Below are positions 31,550-42,226 of a DNA stretch of 64,000 nt, in pieces. The position numbers and the translations under genes are program-made. The notes under the pieces are model-generated. The model saw only the letters and a list, made by a program, of their open reading frames with translations, did not search any database and was not told where the DNA came from. The DNA lies in contig JAYPQH010000022.1 in the NCBI GenBank assembly GCA_038131935.1, positions 61,478-125,477 on the forward strand. The letters run 5' to 3'. This DNA is from Alphaproteobacteria bacterium (GTDB lineage: Bacteria > Pseudomonadota > Alphaproteobacteria > UBA8317). Position 1 is the stretch's first letter, and every line of letters starts with the position of its first letter.

Positions 31550-32608
31550 ATGTATAACGGCAAGATTTCATCAATCAAAGATCTTCAAGAGCGACCTAGG
31601 GCTATCTTTCAAAGCATTGTGGAAAGTTATTTAAACACCGGGTCACCCATAGGTTCACGTACCATTGCCAAACAAATAGAGACCCTCTCTCCTGCGTCTA
31701 TCAGGAATGTGATGGCTGACCTTGAAGATCAAGGTTTGTTATTTGCTAGGCATGGCTCTGCTGGCCGCGAACCTACACAATTAGGACTGAGGTTATTTGT
31801 GGATTCCTTGTTGCAAATGGGAGACCTCACAGGTGATGAACGTGCTGCAATTGAAGGTAAGCTGGATCAACACGGCCAATCATTTGATGGTGTTTTTGAC
31901 GATGCCGCCAGGATGTTATCAGGACTTTGTTCTTGTGCTTCTTTGGTATTTGCACCAAAACAAGATGTTGAACTCAAACATATTGAGTTTGTGCCACTTA
32001 CAGGTCAGCAAGCATTGGTCATACTCGTAGATAGTTTGGGGCGCGTAGAAAATAGAATTTTCCAACTGCCACAAGGCATGCCACCTTCTGCATTAATACA
32101 AGCTGGTAACTTCCTTAATAGCAGATTACGAAATAGAACACTGACTGATTTACGCCGGGATATTTCTGTTGAAATAGCCACAGCACGTCAAGAACTTGAT
32201 GAGCTATCTGCGCATGTGGTGCGTGATGGATTGGGAACTTGGATCAAAGATGAAAATGAAGGAACATTGGTTGTTCATGGTCGCGCCCACTTGTTAGAAT
32301 ATGCAGGCAATGCTGATGATTTAGAAAAGCTCTCTTTGCTCCTTGAAGATTTGGAACGAAAAACCGACATGCTTGAATCATTGGACCTCGCAAGCCATGC
32401 AGATGGTGTGAGAGTTTTCATAGGATCTGAAAATAAGTTGTTCTCGTTATCAGGCTCAAGCTTGGTGGTGGCACCTTACCAGGATACCAAGCGTAAGGTG
32501 ATTGGAGCCATTGGAGTTATAGGCCCTACGAGACTGAATTACGCAAGGATTGTTCCTATGGTTGACTACACGGCGCGGATGATGTCGAGGCTCCTAGAGC
32601 AGAGATAA
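31550..32608 (+). CDS. hrcA: Heat-inducible transcription repressor HrcA
   Basis: PIGSRTI, SPASIRNVMADLE, SAGREPT, GVIGPTRLNY. Confidence 0.97.
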   Translation: MYNGKISSIKDLQERPRAIFQSIVESYLNTGSPIGSRTIAKQIETLSPASIRNVMADLEDQGLLFARHGSAGREPTQLGLRLFVDSLLQMGDLTGDERAAIEGKLDQHGQSFDGVFDDAARMLSGLCSCASLVFAPKQDVELKHIEFVPLTGQQALVILVDSLGRVENRIFQLPQGMPPSALIQAGNFLNSRLRNRTLTDLRRDISVEIATARQELDELSAHVVRDGLGTWIKDENEGTLVVHGRAHLLEYAGNADDLEKLSLLLEDLERKTDMLESLDLASHADGVRVFIGSENKLFSLSGSSLVVAPYQDTKRKVIGAIGVIGPTRLNYARIVPMVDYTARMMSRLLEQR

Positions 32609-32636
32609 TGACAGATGGGCAAAGGACTATAAAAAC

Positions 32637-33227
32637 ATGATCGAAGAAACAGACAAACAACCAAAGGATGAAAAAGAAGGCTTAAACCCACTGGAAACAG
32701 ATGATGAAGCATTTGAAGAAATCCAGTTGGTTGATAAAAGTGCAGAGCTTGAAGCTGAGATAGCTGAGCTGAAAGATAAGTTATTGCGTGCCATGGCAGA
32801 AACAGAAAATACCCGTAGGAGGGCGGAACGCGATAAGTTGGAAGCTAGCAAATATGGCGGGGTAAAATTAGCCCGTGACATGGTTTCTATTGCTGATAAC
32901 CTCGAACGAGCGCTGGGCTATGTTGGGGATGACTTGCGTGCGTCCGCTGCGGATTTCGTTGCCGGTCTTGAGGCAACACTGCGTGAGACGCAAGCAGTTT
33001 TTCAGCGTCATCAAATACAGCAAGTTGGCACCGTAGGTGAAAAATTTGATCCAAAACTACACCAAGCTATGGTGGAAATACCCACCTCTGAATTTGAGAT
33101 TGGACAGATTGTCCAAGTGATGCAGGTTGGATACGTCATGGAGGAAAGACTTCTTAGACCTGCGATGGTAGGCGTAGCAAAACAGCCACCAGCAGATGTT
33201 GATGAGGCATCATCTCAAACTGCATAA
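32637..33227 (+). CDS. grpE: Nucleotide exchange factor GrpE
   Basis: LRAMAETENTRRR, FDPKLHQAM, GY...RLLRPAMVGV. Confidence 0.97.
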   Translation: MIEETDKQPKDEKEGLNPLETDDEAFEEIQLVDKSAELEAEIAELKDKLLRAMAETENTRRRAERDKLEASKYGGVKLARDMVSIADNLERALGYVGDDLRASAADFVAGLEATLRETQAVFQRHQIQQVGTVGEKFDPKLHQAMVEIPTSEFEIGQIVQVMQVGYVMEERLLRPAMVGVAKQPPADVDEASSQTA

Positions 33228-33237
33228 TATCACAGGC

Positions 33238-33266
33238 CTTGCATGTGATCACTTGCATGCCCATAT
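33238..33266 (+). promoter_or_regulatory. Putative RpoH (sigma32) promoter of dnaK
   Basis: CTTGCA-N16-CCCATAT, matching the sigma32 -35/-10 pattern, ~100 nt upstream of dnaK. Confidence 0.65.
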
Positions 33267-33368
33267 GGCCTATAAATCCCAAAATTAGGGACAAGTGTTG
33301 GCTGCGGCCCATGAAATGGGCGCTGGAATTGCCTCTCTTGTTGCCATTGTAGATTAAGGAGAAAAGTT

Positions 33369-35288
33369 ATGGGAAAAGTTATTGGAATAGATCTTGGTAC
33401 CACAAATTCATGTCTTGCTGTTATGGAAGGCTCAAACCCAAAGGTTGTTGAAAATGCTGAAGGTAACCGCACAACCCCATCTATTGTTGCCTATACCCAA
33501 GACGATGAATTGCTCATTGGTCAGCCTGCCAAACGGCAAGCTATCACGAACCCAGAAAATACATTCTATGCTGTCAAAAGACTTATCGGCCGTCGTTTTC
33601 AAGATGCTGAAGTCAAGAAAGATATGTCCTTGGTTTCATACCAGATTGTTGAAGCTGACAATGGCGATGCATGGGTGGAATCACGGGGCAAGAAAATGGC
33701 CCCCGCACAGATATCAGCTGAGGTCTTAAGGAAATTGAAAGAGACAGCTGAGGCCCATTTAGGCGATACAGTAGATAAGGCAGTTATCACCGTACCTGCT
33801 TATTTTAATGACGCCCAACGTCAAGCAACAAAAGATGCTGGACGCATTGCAGGTCTTGAAGTGCTTAGGATTATCAACGAACCTACTGCAGCTGCATTGG
33901 CATACGGTTTGGACAAAAAAGATGGAAAAACAATCGCTGTTTATGACCTTGGCGGTGGTACATTCGATGTTTCCATTTTAGAGATTGGTGACGGTGTATT
34001 TGAGGTGAAGTCTACCAATGGTGATACCTTCCTTGGTGGTGAAGACTTCGACATGCGCATTGTAGACTATCTTGCTGACGAATTTCGTAAAGAAAACAGC
34101 ATAGACCTAAGACAGGATAAGCTTGCGCTACAAAGACTGAAAGAAGCTGCGGAAAAGGCTAAAATCGAGCTATCATCTGCCACACAGACAGAAGTGAACC
34201 TCCCGTTCATCACAGCCGATCAGACAGGACCTAAGCATCTCGCGCTCAAACTATCCCGCGCAAAGTTGGAGAATCTAGTCGAAGACCTTGTGAAACGTAC
34301 AGTAGATCCATGTAAAGCAGCTTTGAAAGATGCTGGTTTGTCTGCTGGTGAAGTCGACGAGGTTGTTCTGGTTGGTGGCATGACAAGAATGCCAAAAGTC
34401 ATTGAAACCGTAAAAGAGTTTTTTGGACGTGAGCCTCATAAAGGGGTAAATCCAGACGAAGTTGTTGCCATTGGCGCGGCAATTCAAGCTGGTGTGCTTC
34501 AAGGCGACGTTAAAGACGTTCTTCTACTAGACGTTACACCGTTATCTTTGGGTATTGAGACGTTGGGTGGTGTTTTCACGAGGTTGATTGACCGGAACAC
34601 CACAATTCCAACCAAAAAATCGCAGGTGTTTTCGACAGCTGACGATAACCAATCAGCCGTGACCATCAGGGTATTCCAAGGTGAGCGTGAAATGGCCGCT
34701 GACAACAAATTGCTTGGGCAATTTAACTTGGAAGATATTCCTCCCGCCCCCCGTGGCATTCCTCAAATCGAAGTCACATTTGATATTGATGCCAACGGTA
34801 TCGTGAATGTTTCTGCCAAAGACAAAGGTACTGGAAAAGAGCAGACAATCAAAATTCAAGCATCTGGTGGTCTAAGCGATAGTGAAGTCGAGCAGATGGT
34901 CAAAGATGCAGAATCAAATGCTGAGGCTGATCAGGCTAGACGTGAAAATGTTGAAGCGAAAAACCAGGCTGAAGCTATGGTTCATCAGACTGAAAAGCAG
35001 TTGGCTGAACATGGCGATAAAATTGAAGCATCGGAAAAAGATGCCATAGATGCAGCCTTGCAAGCTCTGCGCGATGCTGTGCAAGGTGAGGATACAGAGA
35101 CGATAAAGGCCAAAACACAGGAACTCGTCCAAGTATCTCTTAAATTAGGCGAAGCCATATACAAACAAGAAGAATCTGGTGCAGCCGACGAAGATATGGC
35201 GCAACAAACATCATCATCGACCAGCAAACAAGATGACGATATCGTTGATGCCGACTTCGAAGAAGTAAAAGACAACGACAAAAAATAA
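33369..35288 (+). CDS. dnaK: Chaperone DnaK
   Basis: [37 protein letters not shown]; SD AAGGAG. Confidence 0.99.
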   Translation: MGKVIGIDLGTTNSCLAVMEGSNPKVVENAEGNRTTPSIVAYTQDDELLIGQPAKRQAITNPENTFYAVKRLIGRRFQDAEVKKDMSLVSYQIVEADNGDAWVESRGKKMAPAQISAEVLRKLKETAEAHLGDTVDKAVITVPAYFNDAQRQATKDAGRIAGLEVLRIINEPTAAALAYGLDKKDGKTIAVYDLGGGTFDVSILEIGDGVFEVKSTNGDTFLGGEDFDMRIVDYLADEFRKENSIDLRQDKLALQRLKEAAEKAKIELSSATQTEVNLPFITADQTGPKHLALKLSRAKLENLVEDLVKRTVDPCKAALKDAGLSAGEVDEVVLVGGMTRMPKVIETVKEFFGREPHKGVNPDEVVAIGAAIQAGVLQGDVKDVLLLDVTPLSLGIETLGGVFTRLIDRNTTIPTKKSQVFSTADDNQSAVTIRVFQGEREMAADNKLLGQFNLEDIPPAPRGIPQIEVTFDIDANGIVNVSAKDKGTGKEQTIKIQASGGLSDSEVEQMVKDAESNAEADQARRENVEAKNQAEAMVHQTEKQLAEHGDKIEASEKDAIDAALQALRDAVQGEDTETIKAKTQELVQVSLKLGEAIYKQEESGAADEDMAQQTSSSTSKQDDDIVDADFEEVKDNDKK

Positions 35289-35292
35289 ATGA

Positions 35293-35356
35293 GGATCTTG
35301 CATGCTTGGCCATCAAATGAATGATCACATTCAGCTGGTGGCCACATGCTGTATCC
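35293..35356 (+). other. Long imperfect hairpin in dnaK-dnaJ spacer
   Basis: GCATG/CATGC, TGGCCATCA/TGGTGGCCA and TGAATG/CATTCA arms around an ATCA loop. Confidence 0.6.
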
Positions 35357-35383
35357 ACCATACAGAAACTATTTGGATAACCC

Positions 35384-36524
35384 ATGGCCAAAACTGACTA
35401 TTATCAACTTCTTGGTGTTGGAAAAGACGCGGATGATGCATCGATCAAGCGCGCTTTTCGAAAGATGGCTATGAAGTACCATCCGGATCAAAACCCAGAC
35501 AATGCTGAAGCCGAAAAAAAATTCAAAGAAATTAATGAAGCCTATGAAGTACTGAAAGACCCCCAGAAAAGATCAGCTTATGATCAATATGGGCACGCTG
35601 CTTTCGAGCAAGGCGGACCAGGCGGTGGTGGTTTCCAAGGTGGTGACTTTGGAGGCTTTGGTGATGTTTTCGAGGATTTGTTTTCGGAATTTATGGGGGG
35701 CGGTGGTCGCGGCCGTCGTGGTAACGGACCTAGCCGCGGATCCGATTTGCGTTATAACCTTACGATCTCGTTAGAAGACGCATTCCATGGCCGCAAAATG
35801 TCCATCCGTGTACCTGGATCTGTTGCCTGCGATTCATGCCATGGCAATGGCTCAGCGGATGGCTCAAAACCTGTTAATTGCCCAACATGTCAAGGTGCTG
35901 GAAAAGTTCGCGCGCAACAGGATTTTTACAATTGAGCGAACATGCCCAACTTGCCAAGGGCAAGGTCAAACGGTCAAAAACCCCTGCAGAAGTTGTCGTG
36001 GTCAAGGCCGTGTGAACAAAGAGCGCAGTTTGTCCGTGACAATTCCAAAGGGTGTTGAGTCAGGTCAACGTATTCGCCTTGCAGGTGAAGGTGAGGCGGG
36101 AATGCGTGGCGGAGCTGCGGGTGATCTGTATATTTTCTTAGATATCGAACCACATACATTATTCGGTAGAGAGGGGCAGGATCTTTATTGTGAGGTACCT
36201 GTACCCATGACAACAGCTGCATTGGGAGGTTCCGTCGAAATACCAAGTTTGGATGGTACCAAAGGTAAAATTACAATTCCTGCGGGCACGCAAACAGGCA
36301 AAAAATTTCGCCTTCGCGGTAAAGGCATGCCAATATTGCGGCAAACTCGTATGGGTGATTTATATGTCGCCGTGCGTGTCGAGACACCTGTCAATCTGAC
36401 AACCAAACAGCGCGAACTTCTTCAGGAATTTGCTCACGTCGGATCAAACAACTCTCCTGAGCATCAGGGATTCTTTGACCGCGTTCGTGAATTTTTTACT
36501 GATACAGACGGGAAGGATCAGTAA
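35384..36524 (+). CDS. dnaJ: Chaperone DnaJ (apparent frameshift at ~35920-35927)
   Basis: J-domain HPD, G/F region, four CxxCxGxG repeats; adding one G and one T restores AQQGFFTIERTC. Confidence 0.97.
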
Positions 36525-37336
36525 TGCCTATCAAAACGATCATTGCTGGTGTTACCGGTAGAATGGGAAAGACTCTCGCCCAGATGGTGTTAGATGATGA
36601 TCGTTTTTCCTTGATTGGTGGAACTGAGCATAAGGAACATGCTGAACTCGGGAGCGATCTTGGTTCTGTTCTTGGCGTTAAAAATCTTGGTTTGTCACTT
36701 ACAGCGGAGCTAGAACCATTATTTGCTCAAGCAGACGCAGTGATTGATTTTACAATTCCAAGTGCATCTTTAGAACATGCAAAACTAGCAGCCCAATCAC
36801 GTATCACACATATTATTGGGACGACTGGATTCACAGCAGAGCAGGAAGAGGACATTATCCGCGCAGCACATCATGCGGTCGTTGTTAAATCTGGTAACAT
36901 GTCATTGGGCGTTAATTTATTGGCTGCATTGGTTGAAAAAACAGCACGCATGCTTGATGAAGACTTTGATATCGAAGTTTTAGAAATGCACCATCGCCAT
37001 AAAATTGATGCACCCTCTGGCACCGCACTTATGCTGGCTAATGCAGCAGCGAATGGCCGTAACAAAGGACCGCAAGATGAATGGCGAGACCCTCCTCGAG
37101 ATGGAATAACGGGTGCACGGCAACGAGGTCAGATTGGGATGGCAGCATTACGCGGGGGTTCTGTTGTCGGTGATCATGAGGTGTTATTTGCAAGCGATGA
37201 GGAAATCATCACACTTGCTCATCGGGCCCAAAACCGATCTTTATTTGCACGGGGCGCATTGCGCGCTGCCCTTTGGGGCCAAGAAAAGAAACCCGGCCTT
37301 TATAACATGCGCGATGTTTTAGAGCTTAACGGTTAA
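36524..37336 (+). CDS. dapB: 4-hydroxy-tetrahydrodipicolinate reductase
   Basis: GVTGRMG, IDFT, IGTTG, EMHHRHKIDAPSGTA. Confidence 0.98.
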   Translation: MPIKTIIAGVTGRMGKTLAQMVLDDDRFSLIGGTEHKEHAELGSDLGSVLGVKNLGLSLTAELEPLFAQADAVIDFTIPSASLEHAKLAAQSRITHIIGTTGFTAEQEEDIIRAAHHAVVVKSGNMSLGVNLLAALVEKTARMLDEDFDIEVLEMHHRHKIDAPSGTALMLANAAANGRNKGPQDEWRDPPRDGITGARQRGQIGMAALRGGSVVGDHEVLFASDEEIITLAHRAQNRSLFARGALRAALWGQEKKPGLYNMRDVLELNG

Positions 37337-37942
37337 GATGAGTTTGTGATAGCTGCCTCAAATTTTAGTAACGTAGATTTCTTTTCAAGTCCCCAATAAT
37401 AACCATGTAAATCTCCATTAGCTGCGAAAACCCTATGACATGGGACAATTATTGATAATGGATTGGCACCAACAGCACGCCCAACGGCACGCGAAGCTTT
37501 AGGTTTATCCAAACCTACCGCCAAATCTCCATAAGTTGTCCAAAAGCCAACTGGAATACGTAACAGGCAACACCAAACATTTTGCTGAAATGCAGTGCCC
37601 ATGAGATGAAGGGGCAAAAGGTTTGTTACCGTCTAGCTTGTGGTGCTTAAACATAAGCCAATTATATTGGTGAGATTGTGCCTGGTATTGCCAAGTTGCA
37701 TTGGGAAATCTTTTTTGGGCATCAGACAATGTCTGATGCTCGTCTTGATGGGAAAATCCTACGTAACATAAACCCCATTCTGTCCAGGCAACAAATAGGG
37801 CGCCTAATTCACTATCAAATTTAGAATAGGTAATGCTGTTGTTATAAGAACGCGCGTCACCAAATGTGATATGATCTGCTTCCCACGATTGATCTTGAAA
37901 AAATGCACCTAATAACCTTTTGTCTGTTGGCCTCTTGTCCAT
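37333..37942 (-). CDS. ogt: Methylated-DNA-protein-cysteine methyltransferase (apparent +1 frameshift at 37616-37619)
   Basis: GTAFQQNVW..L.RIP.G...TYG, RAVGRAVGANP, PCHRV active site, GYYWG. Confidence 0.9.
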
Positions 37943-38101
37943 TTATATTTCCTTACGCAATGCATTTTTAACCATGATGAAATCTTAACCCCAATCCTGG
38001 TTTATAAAAATAGGCCTCGTTAATAAAATGCCAGCGAATGTTTATGGAGATAAACCATTCGTGTTTTGTAGAGAAATCACCTGAATATGAACAAGCATCT
38101 G

Positions 38102-38587
38102 TTACATTCCTGCTCTCTGTTTCACATGTGTTAATGCATTTTGAAAAGCATGCCCAAAATCAAGTCGTTCTGAATTGGGTAAAAATGTTCCAACACTGAC
38201 CCTGGCTTGACGCTCTGATAGAACCAACTGAGGGTTCTCTTCATTTTTATTATCAAATTCAAAACGTACCCAATAAGGCGAAAAGTCCCACTGCTCCCAT
38301 TTGCCTGATGGTTGTACCCGCCTTACTTCTAGATGGCGTTTTGATAGCTTGATGGTTTCATACATCTTAGCCTTTCGATAGGACCAACGAAAAGCTCCAT
38401 AAACAGCCAGAACATCCAAACCCAAAAACCCCAAAACTGGCCATGCCCCCACAGACAAAAATATTAGCCCAACGGTGCAAGATATAGCTACCAGAAGGAG
38501 CATAAAAATCATGAAACCCGCACGCCCAAGAGAGCGATGCGGACGCAAATGAGCATCAAATAGTAGTTGGTTCTCTAACTCTGTCAT
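38102..38587 (-). CDS. DUF2244 membrane protein
   Basis: LRPHRSL...GF, GAWPVLGFLGLDV, PYWVR; usual neighbour of nth. Confidence 0.9.
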   Translation of the reverse strand: MTELENQLLFDAHLRPHRSLGRAGFMIFMLLLVAISCTVGLIFLSVGAWPVLGFLGLDVLAVYGAFRWSYRKAKMYETIKLSKRHLEVRRVQPSGKWEQWDFSPYWVRFEFDNKNEENPQLVLSERQARVSVGTFLPNSERLDFGHAFQNALTHVKQRAGM

Positions 38588-38686
38588 TATGGAAGATAAT
38601 TAATATCGTTCATGGCCCTATTCAATGACAAAATATATACTAACAGACGCTTTACCCAAGAGGAGAATCCGTAAAGGCACCACAAG

Positions 38687-39352
38687 ATGGAAAAAAAATT
38701 CACGCCAAAAAAAATGAAACTGCGCGATATTGAGGAAGTATTTGTGCGTTTGCAAAATCACAATCCACACCCACAAACGGAATTGTCGTATCAAAATCCT
38801 TTTACATTGCTTGTTGCCGTTGTTTTATCAGCACAAGCAACCGATGCTGGTGTTAACAAAGCCACCAAACCGCTATTCGCCTTAGCTGATCACCCCCAAG
38901 CAATGGTTGCCCTTGGTGAAGAAAAAATACGAGAAACGATAAAGACCATAGGATTATATCGTAACAAAGCCAAAAACGTATATCTCCTTTCACAACAATT
39001 GTTGGATGAGTTTGACGGGGTAGTCCCTCAAAGCCGTTGCGCCTTAGAATCCTTACCCGGTGTGGGTAGGAAGACAGCAAATGTTGTTTTGAATGAAGCT
39101 TTTGGACAACCAACTATGGCTGTAGACACGCATATTTTCCGCGTGGCCAATCGTACAGGTATAGGGCCCGGTGCTGACGTTTTGATTGTAGAAAAGGAGC
39201 TTTTACGACGTATACCAAAACCATTTTTGAAAAATGCTCATCATTGGCTTATTTTGCATGGAAGATATGTGTGTAAAGCACGCAAACCTGAATGTAGCTC
39301 ATGTTGTATTAAAGATCTGTGCTTATATCGGGATAAGACATCAACTTCTTGA
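38687..39352 (+). CDS. nth: Endonuclease III
   Basis: LSAQATD, HhH LPGVGRKTANVV, VDTH, CKARKPECSSCCIKDLC 4Fe-4S motif. Confidence 0.98.
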   Translation: MEKKFTPKKMKLRDIEEVFVRLQNHNPHPQTELSYQNPFTLLVAVVLSAQATDAGVNKATKPLFALADHPQAMVALGEEKIRETIKTIGLYRNKAKNVYLLSQQLLDEFDGVVPQSRCALESLPGVGRKTANVVLNEAFGQPTMAVDTHIFRVANRTGIGPGADVLIVEKELLRRIPKPFLKNAHHWLILHGRYVCKARKPECSSCCIKDLCLYRDKTSTS

Positions 39353-39408
39353 CATACGCCACCAACGCGTGGTCATTCAAAGTTCTTGAGAAGCAATAAA
39401 AAGGTAAC

Positions 39409-39582
39409 ATGATGATTTTTCGGACATGTCAATTCATCGATGGTGAACCACATGAAGATGGTAAATGTGGCAAACCTACCGTAGCCGGCTCACCTTGGTG
39501 TGATGAACACGCAAAAGAGGTTTATGAGCGACCAAATCGTCGTGGACAAGCCAATCAAAATTCGTCTCCCAAGCGTGGGTAG
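39409..39582 (+). CDS. 57-aa small protein resembling the stand-alone GcrA C-terminal (sigma70-interacting) domain
   Basis: Manual translation MMIFRTCQFIDGEPHEDGKCGKPTVAGSPWCDEHAKEVYERPNRRGQANQNSSPKRG; AAAAAGGT just upstream; C..C..CxxH pattern like GcrA TCxWPxGDP..FCG..GxPYCxxH..AY. Confidence 0.72.
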   Translation: MMIFRTCQFIDGEPHEDGKCGKPTVAGSPWCDEHAKEVYERPNRRGQANQNSSPKRG

Positions 39583-40313
39583 AACTTGTGTTTGGTTTGA
39601 ATGACGGCATGAGCTGTAACAAGAACAGCAAAGATAGGCGTGACAAGATTGATAATGGGAAGTGTGCTCAAAAACACAATGATGATACCATAAAAAGTTG
39701 GGCTGTATTTCATGGCCCTTTTTAGTTCTTGGCGTTGAGCGCCGGTTTGATCTCCATATCTTGCGACCTGTCCAAAAAAATATTCCTCCCCAACAAGGTA
39801 GCCATTAATAAGATAGAAGGGGATAATAGCAGCCACGCCACTGATTAAATATAGGGGTATTGTTACAAGATTTACCAAAAACATTTTCATCAACAATGTC
39901 ACTGATAAAATGATTTGTCGCCTAAAATTCAATGTGGGTAATTGCCCCTCTAGTGAGGGATAATATTTGTTTTCTACAAACAGATTTACTCTGTCTGCAA
40001 AGCATCCAGAAATGAGTGTCATCATAGGAATGTACAGCACAAAACCCAAAATGATCATGCCGCCAAACGTCACAAATCCTAGTATGATTGAAAATATATC
40101 TGCAAAAATACCATCCGTTGCATCTATATTGGCGATAGTTACAAAACCAATATTAAAAACGGTCATGCCTATGGTGACAACCAATGTCGTTAAAATGAAA
40201 AACGTAATGAGCATCGAACGAAATATTACCTGTCTGATGTGCACGTCACCTAGATCTGCAAAACTACGTAAGCAGATATAGATAATTCCCTTTTGATCTT
40301 GCTTGTTGATCAT
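39555..40313 (-). CDS. EI24/CysZ-like membrane protein
   Basis: Multiple TM helices, FADRV...VE..YYP, INGYLVGEEYF, PIINLVTP. Confidence 0.85.
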   Translation of the reverse strand: MINKQDQKGIIYICLRSFADLGDVHIRQVIFRSMLITFFILTTLVVTIGMTVFNIGFVTIANIDATDGIFADIFSIILGFVTFGGMIILGFVLYIPMMTLISGCFADRVNLFVENKYYPSLEGQLPTLNFRRQIILSVTLLMKMFLVNLVTIPLYLISGVAAIIPFYLINGYLVGEEYFFGQVARYGDQTGAQRQELKRAMKYSPTFYGIIIVFLSTLPIINLVTPIFAVLVTAHAVIQTKHKFYPRLGDEF

Positions 40314-40453
40314 TACATCCCTCGATAATTACTGTTTTTGGTCATGCTCTGCTTTATGGACTTATGATCTATAATTTCAAAATTGTTTCTTGTCCTAGAT
40401 TTATGAACTGTGCCAGTGAGTAAAACAGGTACATTGAAAAAAAGAGGTCTGTC

Positions 40454-41443
40454 GTGAAAATTCTAGGTATTGGCAACGCTATCGTTGATATTCTCAGTCG
40501 TTGTGATGACAAACTTCTTGAGGCGTTAAACCTAGAGAAGGGTACCATGCAGTTGGTAGATACTGTCCGTTCTCAGGAAATTTATCAGCATGTTGGTCCA
40601 TCAATTGAGATTTCTGGTGGATCTGTTGCAAATAGTTGTGCCCTCATGGGGCAGCTTGGTGCCGAGGTTGGGTTCTTGGGCAATATTAATGACGACATGT
40701 TTGGGAAAATTTTTCATCATGACCTTACATCCCTTGGTGTCAACAATATTACACATCCCAAAACGCAATCCGAACCAACCGCATCCTCAATTGTGCTGGT
40801 AACACCAGATGCACAGCGTACAATGTGTACCCATCTTGGTTGCGCAGGCCTCATTGATCACAAAGTCACAGATGAAGATTTGGAGAATGTAGGCCTACTA
40901 TACCTTGAGGGATATCTTTTTGATTCTCCTTCAGCACTTGATGTCATGAAGGATTGTATCGAGAAGGTAAAAGCTCAAGGTGGTAAAATTGCGCTATCAT
41001 TATCCGATCCATTCTGTGTGGAGCGCCACCATGACGCATTTTGGGATCTCATTTCCTCTAAAGATCACGGCGTTGATATTCTTTTTGCTAACGAAGTGGA
41101 AACTTATTCGCTTTTCAATATAGATGCTAAAAACCCAGAACTCCTAAAAAAATGCGAAACAATGAGCATTCTCCTATTCTCAACACATGGATCTGAGGGC
41201 ATTCATATTTTCAGTACGTCTGGTTATGCCCATGTACCTGCATATCCTGTAGCAGAAGTGTTAGATACAACTGGAGCAGGGGATGCTTTTGCAGGTGGGG
41301 TCCTCACAGGAATTTCACAAAATCAAAATCCTGTGTCAGCGGCAAAATTAGGCGCTTATTGTGCCAGCGCAGTAATTGGGCAATTGGGAGCGAGAATACA
41401 AGAAAATATTCACCAGGCTGCCCGCGAAAAAGGACTTTTATAA
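40454..41443 (+). CDS. PfkB family adenosine kinase
   Basis: GIGNAIVD, SGGSVANS, TPDAQRTMCTHLG, YLEGYL, DTTGAGDAFAGG. Confidence 0.93.
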   Translation: MKILGIGNAIVDILSRCDDKLLEALNLEKGTMQLVDTVRSQEIYQHVGPSIEISGGSVANSCALMGQLGAEVGFLGNINDDMFGKIFHHDLTSLGVNNITHPKTQSEPTASSIVLVTPDAQRTMCTHLGCAGLIDHKVTDEDLENVGLLYLEGYLFDSPSALDVMKDCIEKVKAQGGKIALSLSDPFCVERHHDAFWDLISSKDHGVDILFANEVETYSLFNIDAKNPELLKKCETMSILLFSTHGSEGIHIFSTSGYAHVPAYPVAEVLDTTGAGDAFAGGVLTGISQNQNPVSAAKLGAYCASAVIGQLGARIQENIHQAAREKGLL

Positions 41444-41534
41444 TATTGAAGAATCTTGAATGGATAAAGCTATCATAGTGCCTTACCATCTCTAAATATT
41501 GTTCGTGTTTTGTTAGAAATGAATTCTTATCTTG

Positions 41535-41909
41535 TCAGATTTTTCCAACCATAACACCAAGATTTCTGCCACCTATAACATGAACATGATAGTGAGGTAC
41601 TTCTTGGTTGGCCTCTGGACCCGAGTTTGTAATAAGTCTGTAACCCTGGCCACCAGCTGATTGGGCAAGCCCAGTAATTTTTGCCACTTCGCCCACAGCC
41701 TCTGTAAATCCAGACTTTTCGTTTTGACTCGCATTTGCTGAAAAATCATCATGGCTGACATAAGCACCCTTCGGTATTACCAAAACATGAACAGGCGCCA
41801 TGGGATTTATATCGTGAAATGCTAATGCTACCTCATTCTCAAAGATTGTTTTTGACGGGATTTCACCTCGAAGAATTTTCGCAAAAATATTGTCACTATC
41901 ATATGTCAT
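41535..41909 (-). CDS. Histidine triad (HIT) nucleotide-binding protein
   Basis: NIFAKILRGEIP, QEVPHYHVHVIGG. Confidence 0.96.
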   Translation of the reverse strand: MTYDSDNIFAKILRGEIPSKTIFENEVALAFHDINPMAPVHVLVIPKGAYVSHDDFSANASQNEKSGFTEAVGEVAKITGLAQSAGGQGYRLITNSGPEANQEVPHYHVHVIGGRNLGVMVGKI

Positions 41910-42226
41910 TTTTTTATTTCCCTTGCGGCTTTTTCTTCTAGACCTGACAGATGTTGCCGTTTCTCTAAAACTTCACATACGGACTCCCATGACATATCAT
42001 GATGAGCCATCAATACCATGAGGTGATAGATTACATCGGCTGCCTCTTCAGCGATGTCTTCTTTGCTCCCCTCCATACTCGCGATCACCAATTCTACAGC
42101 TTCCTCGCCAAATTTTCTTGTAGCCCGGCCTCTAGAGCCTTGGAGAAGTTGTGCGGTGTAGGACTGCTTAGGATCCGCATTTTTACGCGCCCTAATAAGT
42201 TGAGATAATTGAGAAAGTGTATCCAT
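41906..42226 (-). CDS. hisE: Phosphoribosyl-ATP diphosphatase
   Basis: SYTAQLL, KFGEEAVE, EAADVIYHL. Confidence 0.97.
   Translation of the reverse strand: MDTLSQLSQLIRARKNADPKQSYTAQLLQGSRGRATRKFGEEAVELVIASMEGSKEDIAEEAADVIYHLMVLMAHHDMSWESVCEVLEKRQHLSGLEEKAAREIKK

Noticed and set aside
37968-37990. TTAACC direct repeat upstream of ogt as a CtrA site
   Set aside because: Spacing does not fit TTAA-N7-TTAA; a lone TTAACCAT half-site is too weak
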